Shown: positions 31,301 to 46,632, counted from the first letter of the stretch. The stretch: DNA of 64,000 bases from Eledone cirrhosa (GCA_964016885.1 OZ024743.1:221960001-222024000), one strand, 5' to 3'. Program-made: numbers and translations. The notes: generated by a model not told the origin, from the letters alone.

Positions 31301-34300
31301 ATCTGGTGTACAATAGGTACATCATATCTTTAACATACTTGTGTATCTGGTGTACAATAGGTACATCATATATTTAACATAGTTGTGTATATGGTGTACA
31401 ATAGGTACATCATATCTTTAACATAACTGTGTATCTGGTATACAATAGGTACATCATATATTTAACATAGTTGTGTATATGGTGTACAATAGGTACATCA
31501 TATCTTTAACATAACTGTGTATCTGGTGTACAATAGGTACATCATATATATAACATAGTTTTGTATATGGTGTACAATAGGTACATCATATCTTTAACAT
31601 AGTTGTGTATCTGGTGTACAATAGGTACATCATATCTCTAACATAGTTGTGTACATCTGGTGTACAATAGGTACATCATATCTTTAACATAGTTGTGTAT
31701 CTGGTGTACAATAGGTACATCATATCTTTAACATAACTGTGTATCTGGTGTACAATAGGTACATCATATCTTTAACATAGTTGTGTATCTGGTGTACAAT
31801 AGGTTCATCATCACTTTAACATAGTTGTGTATCTGGTGTACAATAGGTACATCATATCTTTAACATAGTTGTGTATATGGTGTACAATAGGTACATCATA
31901 TATTTAACATAACTGTGTATCTGGTGTACAATAGGTACATCATATATATAACATAGTTATGTATATGGTGTACAATAGGTACATCATATCTTTAACATAG
32001 TTGTGTATCTGGTGTACAATAGGTACATCATATCTTTAACATAGTTGTGTATATGGTGTACAATAGTTACATCATATATTTAACATAACTGTGTATCTGG
32101 TGTACAATAGGCACATCATATATTTAACATAGTTGTGTATATGGTGTACAATAGGTACATCATATCTTTAACATAGTTGTGTATCTGGTGTACAATAGGT
32201 ACATCATATATTTAACATAGTTGTGTATCTGGTGTACAATAGATACATCATATCTTTAACATAGTTGTGTATCTGGTGTACAATAGGTACATCATATCTT
32301 TAACATAACAGTGTATCTGGTTAACAATAAGTACATCATATCTTTAACATAGTTGTGTATATGGTGTAAAATAGGTACATCATATCTTTAACATAGTTGT
32401 GTATCTGGTGTACAATAGGTACATCATATCTTTAACATAGTTGTGTATCTGGTGTACAATAGGTACATCATATCTTTAACATAGTTGTGTATATGGTGTA
32501 CAATAGGTACATCATATCTTTAACATAGTTGTGTATATGGTGTACAATAGGTACATCATATCTTTATCATAGTTGTGTATCTGGTTGACAATAAGTACAT
32601 CATATCTTTAACATAACTGTATCTGGTGTACAATAGATACATCATATCTTTAACATAGTTGTGTATCTGGTGTACAATATGTACATCAAATCTTTAACAT
32701 AACTGTGTATCTAATGTACAATAGGTACATCATATATTTAACATAGTTGTGTATCTGGTGTACAATAGGTACATCATATCTTTAACATAGTTGTGTATCT
32801 GGTGTACAATAGGTACATCATATCTTTAACATAACTGTGTATCTGGTGTACAATAGGTACATCATATCTTTAACATAGTTGTGTATCTGGTGTACAATAG
32901 GTACATCATATCTTTAACATAGCTGTGTATATGGTGTACAATAGGTACATCATATCTTTAACATAGTTGTGTATATGGTGTACAATAGGTACATCATATC
33001 TTTAACAAAGTTGTGTATATGGTGTACAATAGGTACATCATATCTTTAACATAGTTGTGTATCTGGTTTACAATAGGTACATCATATCTTTAACATAACT
33101 GTGTATCTGGTGTACAATAGATACATCATATCTTTAACATAGTTGTGTATCTGGTGTACAATAGATACATCATATCTTTAAGATAACTGTGTATCTGGTG
33201 TACAATAGGTACATCATATCTTTAACATAGTTGTGTATCAGGTGTACAATAGGTACATCATATCTTTAACATAACTGTGTATATGGTGTACAATAGGTAC
33301 ATCATATCTTTAACATAGTTGTGTATCTGGTGTACAATAGGTACATCATATATTTAACGTAGTTGTGTATATGGTGTACAATAGATACATCATATCTTTA
33401 ACATAACTGTGTATCTGGTGTACAATAGATACATCATATCTTTAACATAGTTGTGTATCTGGTGTACAATAGGTACATCATATCTTTAACATAACTGTGT
33501 ATCTGGTGTACAATAGATACATCATATCTGTAACATAGTTGTGTATCTGGTGTACAATAGGTACATCATATCTTTAACATAGTTGTGTATCTGGTGTACA
33601 ATAGGTACATCATATCTTTAACATAGTTGTGTATCTGGTGTACAATAGGTACATCATATCTTTAACATATCTGTGTATCTGGTGTACAATAGGTACATCA
33701 TATCTTTAACATAGTTGTGTATCTGGTGTACAATAGGTACATCATATCTTTAACATAGTTGTTTATCTGGTGTACAATAGGTACATCATATATTTAACAT
33801 AACTGTGTATCTGGTATACAATAGGTACATCATATCTTTAACATAGTTGTGTATCTGGAGTACAATAGGTACATCATATCTTTAACATAGTTGTGTATCT
33901 GGTGTACAATAGGTGCATCATATATTTAACATAGTTGTGTATCTGGTGTACAATAGGTACATCATATCTTTAACATAGTTGTGTATATGGTGTACAATAG
34001 GTACATCATATATTTAACATAACTGTGTATCTGGTGTACAATAGGTACATCATATATTTAACATAGTTGTGTATATGGTGTACAATAGGTACATCATATC
34101 TTTAACATAGTTGTGTATCTGGTGTACAATAGGTACATCATATCTTTAACATAGTTGTGTATCTGGTGTACAATAGGTACATCATATCTTTAACATAGTT
34201 GTTTATCTGGTGTACAATAGGTACATCATATATTTAGCATAACTGTGTATCTGGTATACAATAGGTACATCATATCTTTAACATAGTTGTGTATCTGGAG

Positions 34301-37300
34301 TACAATAGGTACATCATATCTTTAACATAGTTGTGTATCTGGTGTACAATAGGTACATCATATCTTTAACATAGTTGTGTATCTGGTGTACAATAGGTAC
34401 ATCATATCTTTAACATAGTTGTGTATATGGTGTACAATAGGTAAATCATATCTTTAACATAGTTGTGTATATGGTGTACAATAGGTACATCATATCTTTA
34501 ACATAGTTGTGTATCTGGTTGACAATAGGTACATCATATCTTTAACATAACTGTGTATCTGGTGTACAATAGATACATCATATCTTTAACATAGTTGTGT
34601 ATCTGGTGTACAATATGTACATCATATCTTTAACATAACTGTGTATCTAATGTACAATAGGTACATCATATCTTTAACATAACTGTGTATCTGGTGTACA
34701 ATAGGTACATCATATCTTTAACATAGTTGTGTATCTGGTGTACAATAGGTACATCATATCTTTAACATAGCTGTGTATATGGTGTACAATAGGTACATCA
34801 TATCTTTAACATAGTTGTGTATATGGTGTACAATAGGTACATCATATCTTTAACAAGTTGTGTATATGGTGTACAATAGGTACATCATATCTTTAACATA
34901 GTTGTGTATCTGGTTTACAATAGGTACATCATATCTTTAACATAACTGTGTATCTGGTGTACAATAGATACATCATATCTTTAACATAGTTGTGTATCTG
35001 GTGTACAATAGATACATCATATCTTTAAGATAACTGTGTATCTGGTGTACAATAGGTACATCATATCTTTAACATAGTTGTGTATCTGGTGTACAATAGG
35101 TACATCATATCTTTAACATAACTGTGTATATGGTGTACAATAGGTACATCATATCTTTAACATAGTTGTGTATCTGGTGTACAATAGGTACATCATATAT
35201 TTAACGTAGTTGTGTATATGGTGTACAATAGATACATCATATCTTTAACATAACTGTGTATCTGGTGTACAATAGATACATCATATCTTTAATATAGTTG
35301 TGTATCTGGTGTACAATAGGTACATCATATCTTTAACATAACTGTGTATCTGGTGTACAATAGATACATCATATCTGTAACATAGTTGTGTATCTGTTGT
35401 ACAATAGATACATCATATCTTTAACATAGTTGTGTATCTGGTTTACAATAGGTACATCATATCTTTAACATAGTTGTGTATCTGGTGTACAATAGGTACA
35501 TTATATCTTTAACATAACTGTGTATCTGGTGTACAATAGGTACATCATATCTTTAACATAGTTGTGTATCTGGTGTACAATAGGTACATCATATCTTTAA
35601 CATAGTTGTTTATCTGGTGTACAATAGGTACATCATATATTTAACATAACTGTGTATCTGGTATACAATAGGTACATCATATCTTTAACATAGTTGTGTA
35701 TCTGGAGTACAATAGGTACATCATATCTTTAACATAGTTGTGTATCTGGTGTACAATAGGTACATCATATCTTTAACATAGTTGTGTATCTGGTGTACAA
35801 TAGGTACATCATATCTTTAACATAACTGCGTATCTGGTGTACAATAGGTACATCATATCTTTAACATAGTTGTGTATCTGGTGTACAATAGGTATATCAT
35901 ATATTTAACATAGTTGTGTATCTGGTGTACAATAGGTACATCATATCTTTAACATAGTTGTGTATATGGTGTACAATAGGTACATCATATATTTAACATA
36001 ACTGTGTATCTGGTGTACAATAGGTACATCATATATTTAACATAGTTGTGTATATGGTGTACAATAGGTACATCATATCTTTAACATAGTTGTGTATCTG
36101 GTGTACAATAGGTACATCATATATTTAACATAGTTGTGTATCTGGTGTACAATAGATACATCATATCTTTAACATAGTTGTGTATCTGGTGTACAATAGG
36201 TACATCATATCTTTAACATAACAGTGTATCTGGTGTACAATAAGTACATCATATCTTTAACATAGTTTTGTATATGGTGTACAATAGGTACATCATATCT
36301 TTAACATAGTTGTGTATCTGGTGTACAATAGGTACATCATATCTTTAACATAGTTGTGTATCTGGTGTACAATAGGTACATCATATCTTTAACATAGTTG
36401 TGTATATGGTGTACAATAGGTAAATCATATCTTTAACATAGTTGTGTATATGGTGTACAATAGGTACATCATATCTTTAACATAGTTGTGTATCTGGTTG
36501 ACAATAGGTACATCATATCTTTAACATAACTGTGTATCTGGTGTACAATAGATACATCATATCTTTAACATAGTTGTGTATCTGGTGTACAATATGTACA
36601 TCATATCTTTAACATAACTGTGTATCTAATGTACAATAGGTACATCATATCTTTAACATAACTGTGTATCTGGTGTACAATAGGTACATCATATCTTTAA
36701 CATAGTTGTGTATCTGGTGTACAATAGGTACATCATATCTTTAACATAGCTGTGTATATGGTGTACAATAGGTACATCATATCTTTAACATAGTTGTGTA
36801 TATGGTGTACAATAGGTACATCACATCTTTAACAAAGTTGTGTATATGGTGTACAATAGGTACATCATATCTTTAACATAGTTGTGTATCTGGTTTACAA
36901 TAGGTACATCATATCTTTAACATAACTGTGTATCTGGTGTACAATAGATACATCATATCTTTAACATAGTTGTGTATCTGGTGTACAATAGATACATCAT
37001 ATCTTTAAGATAACTGTGTATCTGGTGTACAATAGGTACATCATATCTTTAACATAGTTGTGTATCTGGTGTACAATAGGTACATCATATCTTTAACATA
37101 ACTGTGTATATGGTGTACAATAGGTACATCGTATCTTTAACATAGTTGTGTATCTGGTGTACAATAGGTACATCATATATTTAACGTAGTTGTGTATATG
37201 GTGTACAATAGATACATCATATCTTTAACATAACTGTGTATCTGGTGTACAATAGATACATCATATCTTTAACATAGTTGTGTATCTGGTGTACAATAGG

Positions 37301-40300
37301 TACATCATATCTTTAACATAACTGTGTATCTGGTGTACAATAGATACATCATATCTGTAACATAGTTGTGTATCTGGTGTACAATAGGTACATCATATCT
37401 TTAACATAGTTGTGTATCTGGTTTACAATAGGTACATCATATCTTTAACATAGTTGTGTATCTGGTGTACAATAGGTACATCATATCTTTAACATAACTG
37501 TGTATCTGGTGTACAATAGGTACATCATATCTTTAACATAGTTGTGTATCTGGTGTACAATAGGTACATCATATCTTTAACATAGTTGTTTATCTGGTGT
37601 ACAATAGGTACATCATATATTTAACATAACTGTGTATCTGGTATACAATAGGTACATCATATCTTTAACATAGTTGTGTATCTGGAGTACAATAGGTACA
37701 TCATATCTTTAACATAGTTGTGTATCTGGTGTACAATAGGTACATCATATCTTTAACATAGTTGTGTATATGGTGTACAATAGATACATCATATCTTTAA
37801 CATAGTTGTGTATATGGTGTACAATAGGTACATCATATATTTAACATAGTTGTGTATCTGGTGTACAATAGGTACATCATATCTTTAACATAGTTGTGTA
37901 TCTGGTGTACAATAGGTACATCATATCTTTAACATAACTGCGTATCTGGTGTACAATAGGTACATCATATCTTTAACATAGTTGTTTATCTGGTGTACAA
38001 TAGGTACATCATATATTTAACATAACTGTGTATCTGGTATACAATAGGTACATCATATCTTTAACATAGTTGTGTATCTGGAGTACAATAGGTACATCAT
38101 ATCTTTAACATAGTTGTGTATCTGGTGTACAATAGGTACATCATATCTTTAACATAGTTGTGTATCTGGTGTACAATAGGTACATCATATCTTTAACATA
38201 GTTGTGTATCTGGTGTACAATAGGTACATCATATCTTTAACATAACTGCGTATCTGGTGTACAATAGGTACATCATATCTTTAACATAGTTGTTTATCTG
38301 GTGTACAATAGGTACATCATATATTTAACATAACTGTGTATCTGGTATACAATAGGTACATCATATCTTTAACATAGTTGTGTATCTGGAGTACAATAGG
38401 TACATCATATCTTTAACATAGTTGTGTATCTGGTGTACAATAGGTACATCATATCTTTAACATAGTTGTGTATCTGGTGTACAATAGGTACATCATATCT
38501 TTAACATAGTTGTTTATCTGGTGTACAATAGGTACATCATATATTTAACATAACTGTGTATCTGGTATACAATAGGTACATCATATCTTTAACATAGTTG
38601 TGTATCTGGAGTACAATAGGTACATCATATCTTTAACATAGTTGTGTATCTGGTGTACAATAGGTACATCATATCTTTAACATAGTTGTGTATCTGGTGT
38701 ACAATAGGTACATCATATCTTTAACATAACTGCGTATCTGGTGTACAATAGGTACATCATATCTTTAACATAGTTGTGTATCTGGTGTACAATAGGTATA
38801 TCATATATTTAACATAGTTGTGTATCTGGTGTACAATAGGTACATCATATCTTTAACATAGTTGTGTATATGGTGTACAATAGGTACATCATATATTTAA
38901 CATAACTGTGTATCTGGTGTACAATAGGTACATCATATATTTAACATAGTTGTGTATATGGTGTACAATAGGTACATCATATCTTTAACATAGTTGTGTA
39001 TCTGGTGTACAATAGGTACATCATATATTTAACATAGTTGTGTATCTGGTGTACAATAGATACATCATATCTTTAACATAGTTGTGTATCTGGTGTACAA
39101 TAGGTACATCATATCTTTAACATAACAGTGTATCTGGTGTACAATAAGTACATCATATCTTTAACATAGTTTTGTATATGGTGTACAATAGGTACATCAT
39201 ATCTTTAACATAGTTGTGTATCTGGTGTACAATAGGTACATCATATCTTTAACATAGTTGTGTATCTGGTGTACAATAGGTACATCATATCTTTAACATA
39301 GTTGTGTATATGGTGTACAATAGGTAAATCATATCTTTAACATAGTTGTGTATATGGTGTACAATAGGTACATCATATCTTTAACATAGTTGTGTATCTG
39401 GTTGACAATAGGTACATCATATCTTTAACATAACTGTGTATCTGGTGTACAATAGATACATCATATCTTTAACATAGTTGTGTATCTGGTGTACAATATG
39501 TACATCATATCTTTAACATAACTGTGTATCTAATGTACAATAGGTACATCATATCTTTAACATAACTGTGTATCTGGTGTACAATAGGTACATCATATCT
39601 TTAACATAGTTGTGTATCTGGTGTACAATAGGTACATCATATCTTTAACATAGCTGTGTATATGGTGTACAATAGGTACATCATATCTTTAACATAGTTG
39701 TGTATATGGTGTACAATAGGTACATCACATCTTTAACAAAGTTGTGTATATGGTGTACAATAGGTACATCATATCTTTAACATAGTTGTGTATCTGGTTT
39801 ACAATAGGTACATCATATCTTTAACATAACTGTGTATCTGGTGTACAATAGATACATCATATCTTTAACATAGTTGTGTATCTGGTGTACAATAGATACA
39901 TCATATCTTTAAGATAACTGTGTATCTGGTGTACAATAGGTACATCATATCTTTAACATAGTTGTGTATCTGGTGTACAATAGGTACATCATATCTTTAA
40001 CATAACTGTGTATATGGTGTACAATAGGTACATCATATCTTTAACATAGTTGTGTATCTGGTGTACAATAGGTACATCATATATTTAACGTAGTTGTGTA
40101 TATGGTGTACAATAGATACATCATATCTTTAACATAACTGTGTATCTGGTGTACAATAGATACATCATATCTTTAACATAGTTGTGTATCTGGTGTACAA
40201 TAGGTACATCATATCTTTAACATAACTGTGTATCTGGTGTACAATAGATACATCATATCTGTAACATAGTTGTGTATCTGGTGTACAATAGGTACATCAT

Positions 40301-43300
40301 ATCTTTAACATAGTTGTGTATCTGGTTTACAATAGGTACATCATATCTTTAACATAGTTGTGTATCTGGTGTACAATAGGTACATCATATCTTTAACATA
40401 GTTGTTTATCTGGTGTACAATAGGTACATCATATATTTAACATAACTGTGTATCTGGTATACAATAGGTACATCATATCTTTAACATAGTTGTGTATCTG
40501 GAGTACAATAGGTACATCATATCTTTAACATAGTTGTGTATCTGGTGTACAATAGGTACATCATATCTTTAACATAGTTGTGTATATGGTGTACAATAGA
40601 TACATCATATCTTTAACATAGTTGTGTATATGGTGTACAATAGGTACATCATATATTTAACATAGTTGTGTATCTGGTGTACAATAGGTACATCATATCT
40701 TTAACATAGTTGTGTATCTGGTGTACAATAGGTACATCATATCTTTAACATAACTGCGTATCTGGTGTACAATAGGTACATCATATCTTTAACATAGTTG
40801 TGTATCTGGTGTACAATAGGTATATCATATATTTAACATAGTTGTGTATATGGTGTACAATAGGTACATCATATCTTTAACATAACTGTGTATCTGGTAT
40901 ACAATAGGTACATCAAATCTTTAACATAGTTGTGTATATGGTGTACAATAGGTACATCATATCTTTAACATAGTTGTGTATCTGGTATACAATAGGTATA
41001 TCATATCTTTAACATAACTGTGTATCTGGTGTACAATAGGTACATCATATCTTTAACATAGTTGTGTACATCTGATGTACAATAGGTACATCATATCTTT
41101 AACATAGTTGTGTATCTGGTGTACAATAGGTACATCATATCTTTAACATAACAGTGTATCTGGTGTACAATAGGTACATCATATCTTTAACATAGTTGTA
41201 TATCTGGTGTACAATAGGTACATCATATCTTTAACATAGTTGTGTATCTGGTGTACAATAGGTACATCATATCTTTAACATAGTTGTGTATATGGTGTAC
41301 AATAGGTACATCATATCTTTAACATAGTTGTGTATATGGTGTACAATAGGTACATCATATCTTTAACATAGTTGTGTATCTGGTTGACAATAGGTACATC
41401 ATATCTTTAACATAACTGTGTATCTGGTGTACAATAGATACATCATATCTTTAACATAGTTGTGTATCTGGTGTACAATAGGTACATCATATCTTTAACA
41501 TAACTGTGTATCTGGTGTACAATAGGTACATCATATATTTAACATAGTTGTGTATCTGGTGTACAATAGGTACATCATATTTTTAACATAGTTGTGTATC
41601 TGGTGTACAATAGGTACATCATATATTTAACATAGTTGTGTATCTGGTGTACAATAGATACATCATATCTTTAACATAGTTGTGTATCTGGTGAACAATA
41701 GGCACATCATATCTTTAACATAACAGTGTATCTGGTGTACAATAGGTACATCATATCTTTAACATAGTTGTGTATCTGGTGTACAATAGGTACATCATAT
41801 CTTTAACATAGTTGTGTATCTGGTGTACAATAGTTACATCATATCTTTAACATAGTTCTGTATCTGGTGTACAATAGGTACATCATATCTTTAACATAGT
41901 TGTGTATATGGTGTACAATAGGTACATCATATCTTTAACATAGTTGTGTATATGGTGTACAATAGGTACATCATATCTTTAACATAGTTGTGTATCTGGT
42001 TGACAATAGGTACATCATATCTTTAACATAACTGTGTATCTGGTGTACAATAGATACATCATATCTTTAACATAGTTGTGTATCTGGTGTACAATAGGTA
42101 CATCATATCTTTAACATAACTGTGTATCTGGTGTACAATAGGTACATCATATATTTAACATAGTTGTGTATCTGGTGTACAATAGGTACATCATATCTTT
42201 AACATAGTTGTGTATCTGGTGTACAATTGGTACATCATATCTTTAACATAACTGTATCTGGTCTACAATAGGTACATCATATATTTAACATAGTTGTGTA
42301 TATGGTGTACAATAGGTACATCATATCTTTAACATAGTTATGTATATGGTGTACAATAGATACAACATATCTTTAACATAACTGTGTATCTGGTGTACAA
42401 TAGATACATCATATCTTAAACATAGTTGTGTATCTGGTGTACAATAGGTACATCATATCTTTAACATAACTGTGTATCTGGTGTACAATAGATACATCAT
42501 ATCTTTAACATAGTTGTGTATCTGGTGTACAATAGGTACATCATATCTTTAACATAGTTGTGTATCTGGTGTACAATAGGTACATCATATATTTAACATA
42601 GTTGTGTATCTGGTATACAATAGGTACATCATATCTTTAACATAGTTGTGTATCTGGAGTACAATAGGTACATCATATCTTTAACATAGTTGTGTATCTG
42701 GTGTACAATAGGTACATCATATCTTTAACATAGTTGTGTATATGGTGTACAATAGGTACATCATATCTTTAACATAACTGTGTATCTGGTGTACAATAGG
42801 TACATCATATCTTTAACATAACTGTGTATCTGGTGTACAATAGGTACATCATATCTTTAACATAACTTTGTATCTGGTGTACAATAGATACATCATATCT
42901 TTAACATAACTGTGTATCTGGTGTACAATAGGTACATCATATATTTAACATAACTGTGTATCTGGTGTACAATAGGTACATCATATATTTAACATAGTTG
43001 TGTATATGGTGTACAATAGGTACATCATATCTTTAACATAGTTGTGTATATGGTATACAATAGGTAATCATATATTTAACATAGTTGTGTATATGGTGTA
43101 CAATAGGTACATCATATCTTTAACATAGTTGTGTATCTGGTGTACAATAGGTACATCATATCTTTAACATAGTTGTGTATATGGTGTACAATAGGTACAT
43201 CATATATATAACATAGTTGTGTATATGGTGTACAATAGGTACATCATATCTTTAACATAGTTGTGTATCTGGTGTACAATAGGTACATCATATCTTTAAC

Positions 43301-43770
43301 ATAGTTGTGTATATGGTGTACAATAGGTACATCATATCTTTAACATAGTTGTGTATCTGGTGTACAATAGGTACATCATATCTTTAACATAGTTGTGTAT
43401 CTGGTGTACAATAGGTACATCATATCTTTAACATAACTGTGTATCTGGTGTACAATAGGTACATCATATATATAACATAGTTGTGTCTATGGTGTACAAT
43501 AGGTACATCATATCTTTAACATAGTTGTGTATCTGGTGTACAATAGGTACATCATATCTTTAACATAGTTGTGTATATGGTGTACAATAGGTACATCATA
43601 TCTTTAACATAACTGTGTATCTGGTGTACAATAGGTACATCATATCTTTAACATAGTTGTGTATCTGGTGTACAATAGGTACATCATATCTTTAACATAG
43701 TTGTGTATATGGTGTACAATAGATACATCATATATTTAACATAACTGTGTATCTTGTTTACAATAGGTAC
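1322..43770. repeat. Satellite DNA array, 44-bp monomer, about 965 head-to-tail copies
   Basis: Consensus GTGTATCTGGTGTACAATAGGTACATCATATCTTTAACATAGTT with period 44 (e.g. 1323 to 1367). Same orientation throughout, no insertions seen, rare 42-46 bp indel variants. Copy number is length/44. Confidence 0.99.
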
Positions 43771-43855
43771 GCTATATCTCTGCATGTTATAAGAGGTAAC
43801 TAAAAGTATTGGTGCCAGGAAAGACACCCAGCTGTAAAATGTTGCCTTAAAAAGA
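43765..43855 (+). mobile_element. Decayed SINE/RTE-derived retroposon fragment contiguous with the end of the satellite
   Basis: CTGCATGTTATAAGAGGTAACTAAAAG resembles the TGTCGTAAGAGGCGACTAAA motif and CAGGAAAGACACCCAGCTGTAAAA resembles the CAGGAAGGGCATCCAGCCGTAAAA motif. I recall both from RTE-related mollusc SINEs; not verified by search. Confidence 0.35.
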
Positions 43856-43952
43856 ACCTTATTGTTGAGTATGAAGCCTATCATTGTTAACCTTGTTTTA
43901 GCAAGGAAATTGGCCTTTAAATCCTTGTTGCTTTTATTGTTGTCTCTGTTTT

Positions 43953-43980
43953 CTGAGTTCAAATACGGCCGAGGTCAATT
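43953..43980 (+). mobile_element. SINE fragment (B box region)
   Basis: CTGAGTTCAAATACGGCCGAGGTCAA matches the B-box segment of the SINE copies downstream. Confidence 0.55.
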
Positions 43981-44484
43981 TCCCAATGTATGTATTTTTT
44001 TCCGTTTTCAATGAAATGGAATCGATTAATCGGTTTTTACTCCTCCTTCAAAATGTCCGCTATTGTGTGTCTATGTTAGAAATTATTATATTATCTGAAA
44101 TACGTGAATAGAAAACGAAATCTCTTGTGTTACAAACAGTTTGAACTAGAGACTATATCACACTCTTAATCTATCTTAATTATTGAAATATAGAAAGTTA
44201 TCACACTAAATGTCAAAGCATATTCATATTAGGCAACTTTTCCTTTTGTCTTTGCTTGTTATATTTTGTGTTCCGTGCTTGTTGATTCTCTTGTTTTTAT
44301 TGTATCATATTTTGCTTTCATATTTTTCATTTGTTAGCTTCGATTATATTCCGATGTTGATGTTGTGTACAAACAGAGGAACATTTGCTCTTACTATCAT
44401 TAAAAATGTTCGTTTGATGCTCATGTTGATGTTCTAACTAAAACGAAAGTATGAGTTCAAATCTTTTCTTTCTTTTTTTCCGTT

Positions 44485-44518
44485 TATATATACGTATATA
44501 TATATACCAATATTTATG

Positions 44519-44549
<31 letters not shown>

Positions 44550-44554
44550 ATATG

Positions 44555-44613
<59 letters not shown>

Positions 44614-44855
44614 ATATATATGTGTGTGTGTGTGTGTGTGTATATGTATATATATGTGTGTGTGTGTGTGCGTATGTATATGTATATGTATATATATATG
44701 TGTGTGTGTGTGTATGTATATATATATATATGTGTATATATATATGTATATATATGTATATATATGTATATATATGTATATATATATATATGTATATATA
44801 TATGTATATATGTATGTATTGTATGTATATATATGTATATATATATAAATGTATG

Positions 44856-44888
<33 letters not shown>

Positions 44889-45002
44889 GTATCTATGTAT
44901 GCATATGTATATGTATATATGTTTTATGTATGTATATGTATGTAAGTATATGAATATAGCTATATGTATATATGCATATGTATATATATGTATATTAATT
45001 TA

Positions 45003-45057
<55 letters not shown>

Positions 45058-45182
45058 ATGAATACATACATATATACATGTATATATATGCATATATATA
45101 TATGTGTGTGTGTATCTATATATATATATATATATGTGTGTGTGTATGTATGTATCTATATCTATATATATATATATATACA

Positions 45183-45213
<31 letters not shown>

Positions 45214-45262
45214 ATACATGTGTGAGTGTGTATGTATATATGTATGTGTGCGTGTGTGTGTA
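44485..45262. repeat. Compound (TA)n/(TG)n/(TATG)n microsatellite
   Basis: Direct inspection; it produces the spurious YI/CV-rich ORFs. Confidence 0.97.
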
Positions 45263-45480
45263 TGCTCTGCATTCATAAGTCATGTCCATAAATATAGTGT
45301 CAACATCTCCTTGACGATTTCTTTGATGTCTCTCACTCGACAGCTTCTATAATATTTTAGACCAAGCCACAAAGGATTAACAGATCTATATTTATTCACC
45401 TTTTTCCGTTTGAGATCGATCGTTGAGACATATGTACTCATCCCCGTGCGCGAACATGCACATGCATATATAACCACACA

Positions 45481-45518
<38 letters not shown>

Positions 45519-45861
45519 TTGAATGGACTACGTCCATATGTGTGCGCGTATTGTATGTATATGTTGTGTGTGTATATATATATATCACAAGTACGAACTA
45601 ACTATGATGTATCCAAGTAAGCTGTATGCACACATATAAGATTTGTATCGAAACAATTGTAAGGATTAAAGTAAGAACTTATTTTTGTCATCTTAATTCA
45701 TATATATATATATATATATATATATGGAGAGAGAGGGGGCGGTAGAGAGAGATGACATATATGTATATCTGCAAGCATATATGCATATATGTAACATCTA
45801 TATACACCTGTAGTAGCTGAAGGCGACACATATACGTACAAATAAAATGTACTTAAATGTG

Positions 45862-46035
45862 TATGTATGTATGTATGTTCTCCGCCCTTTGTCAGGTTTT
45901 GTTTTTTGTCCTGCAAGGTATCCAAAATCCCCCTCCTCACCAAGTAAACTTGGTGGGGTAGTTGGTTTAGTCGCCGACGACTCGACCATGCAACAGGTTG
46001 TAATGGGTTACGACGTAAGAGTCAACAGCCATCCA
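45862..46035 (-). mobile_element. Probable 3' end of a non-LTR retroelement with (CATA)n tail
   Basis: GC-balanced island between microsatellites with two hairpins (CACCAAGT-AA-ACTTGGTG 45938-45955; AGTCG-CCGA-CGACT 45969-45982). On the minus strand it runs into (CATA)n. Family not identified. Confidence 0.35.
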
Positions 46036-46137
46036 AATATGTGTAAATATATATATACATGTATGCATTTGTATATATGTATATACATATATGTACATAT
46101 GCTTATACATGTTTGCATGTGTATGTATGTGTATGTG

Positions 46138-46175
<38 letters not shown>

Positions 46176-46212
46176 TATGCATGTATGCATGTGTATGTAT
46201 ATGCGCGTGGAC

Positions 46213-46632
46213 ATAGAAATAATCGGGCTGGATACCCGCTTGCGCAGTTAAACCACTGGTAGTGAAGGACCCCTAGCCTTTGTCAGGGCATTCTTCATAG
46301 AAATAATTGGACTGGATACCCGCTTGCGCAGTTAAACCACTGGTAGTGAAGGACCCCTAGCCTTTGTCAGGGCATTCTTCATAGAAATAATTGGACTGGA
46401 TACCCGCTTGCGCAGTTAAACCACTGGTAGTGAAGGACCCCTAGCCTTTGTCAGGGCATTCTTCATAGAAATAATTGGACTGGATACCCGCTTGCGCAGT
46501 TAAACCACTGGTAGTGAAGGACCCCTAGCCTTTGTCAGGGCATTCTTCATAGAAATAATTGGACTGGATACCCGCTTGCGCAGTTAAACCACTGGTAGTG
46601 AAGGACCCCTAGCCTTTGTCAGGGCATTCTTC
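46213..46632 (+). repeat. 84-bp tandem repeat, 5 copies
   Basis: Units start at 46213, 46297, 46381, 46465 and 46549. Copies 2-5 look identical; copy 1 differs at two positions (AATCGGGCTG vs AATTGGACTG). Confidence 0.98.

Noticed and set aside
1322-43770. CRISPR array or coding repeat
   Set aside because: Monomers are contiguous with no unique spacers and there are no cas genes. The ORF track shows no ORF inside the array apart from one overlapping its last 90 bp, and the context is eukaryotic.
44338-44450. Possible exon after TTTTTCATTTGTTAG
   Set aside because: All three frames hit a stop before the candidate donor, and there is no other support.
45885-45896. CCTTTGTCAGG shared with the 84-bp repeat unit
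   Set aside because: Only an 11-bp match with unrelated flanks; probably chance.
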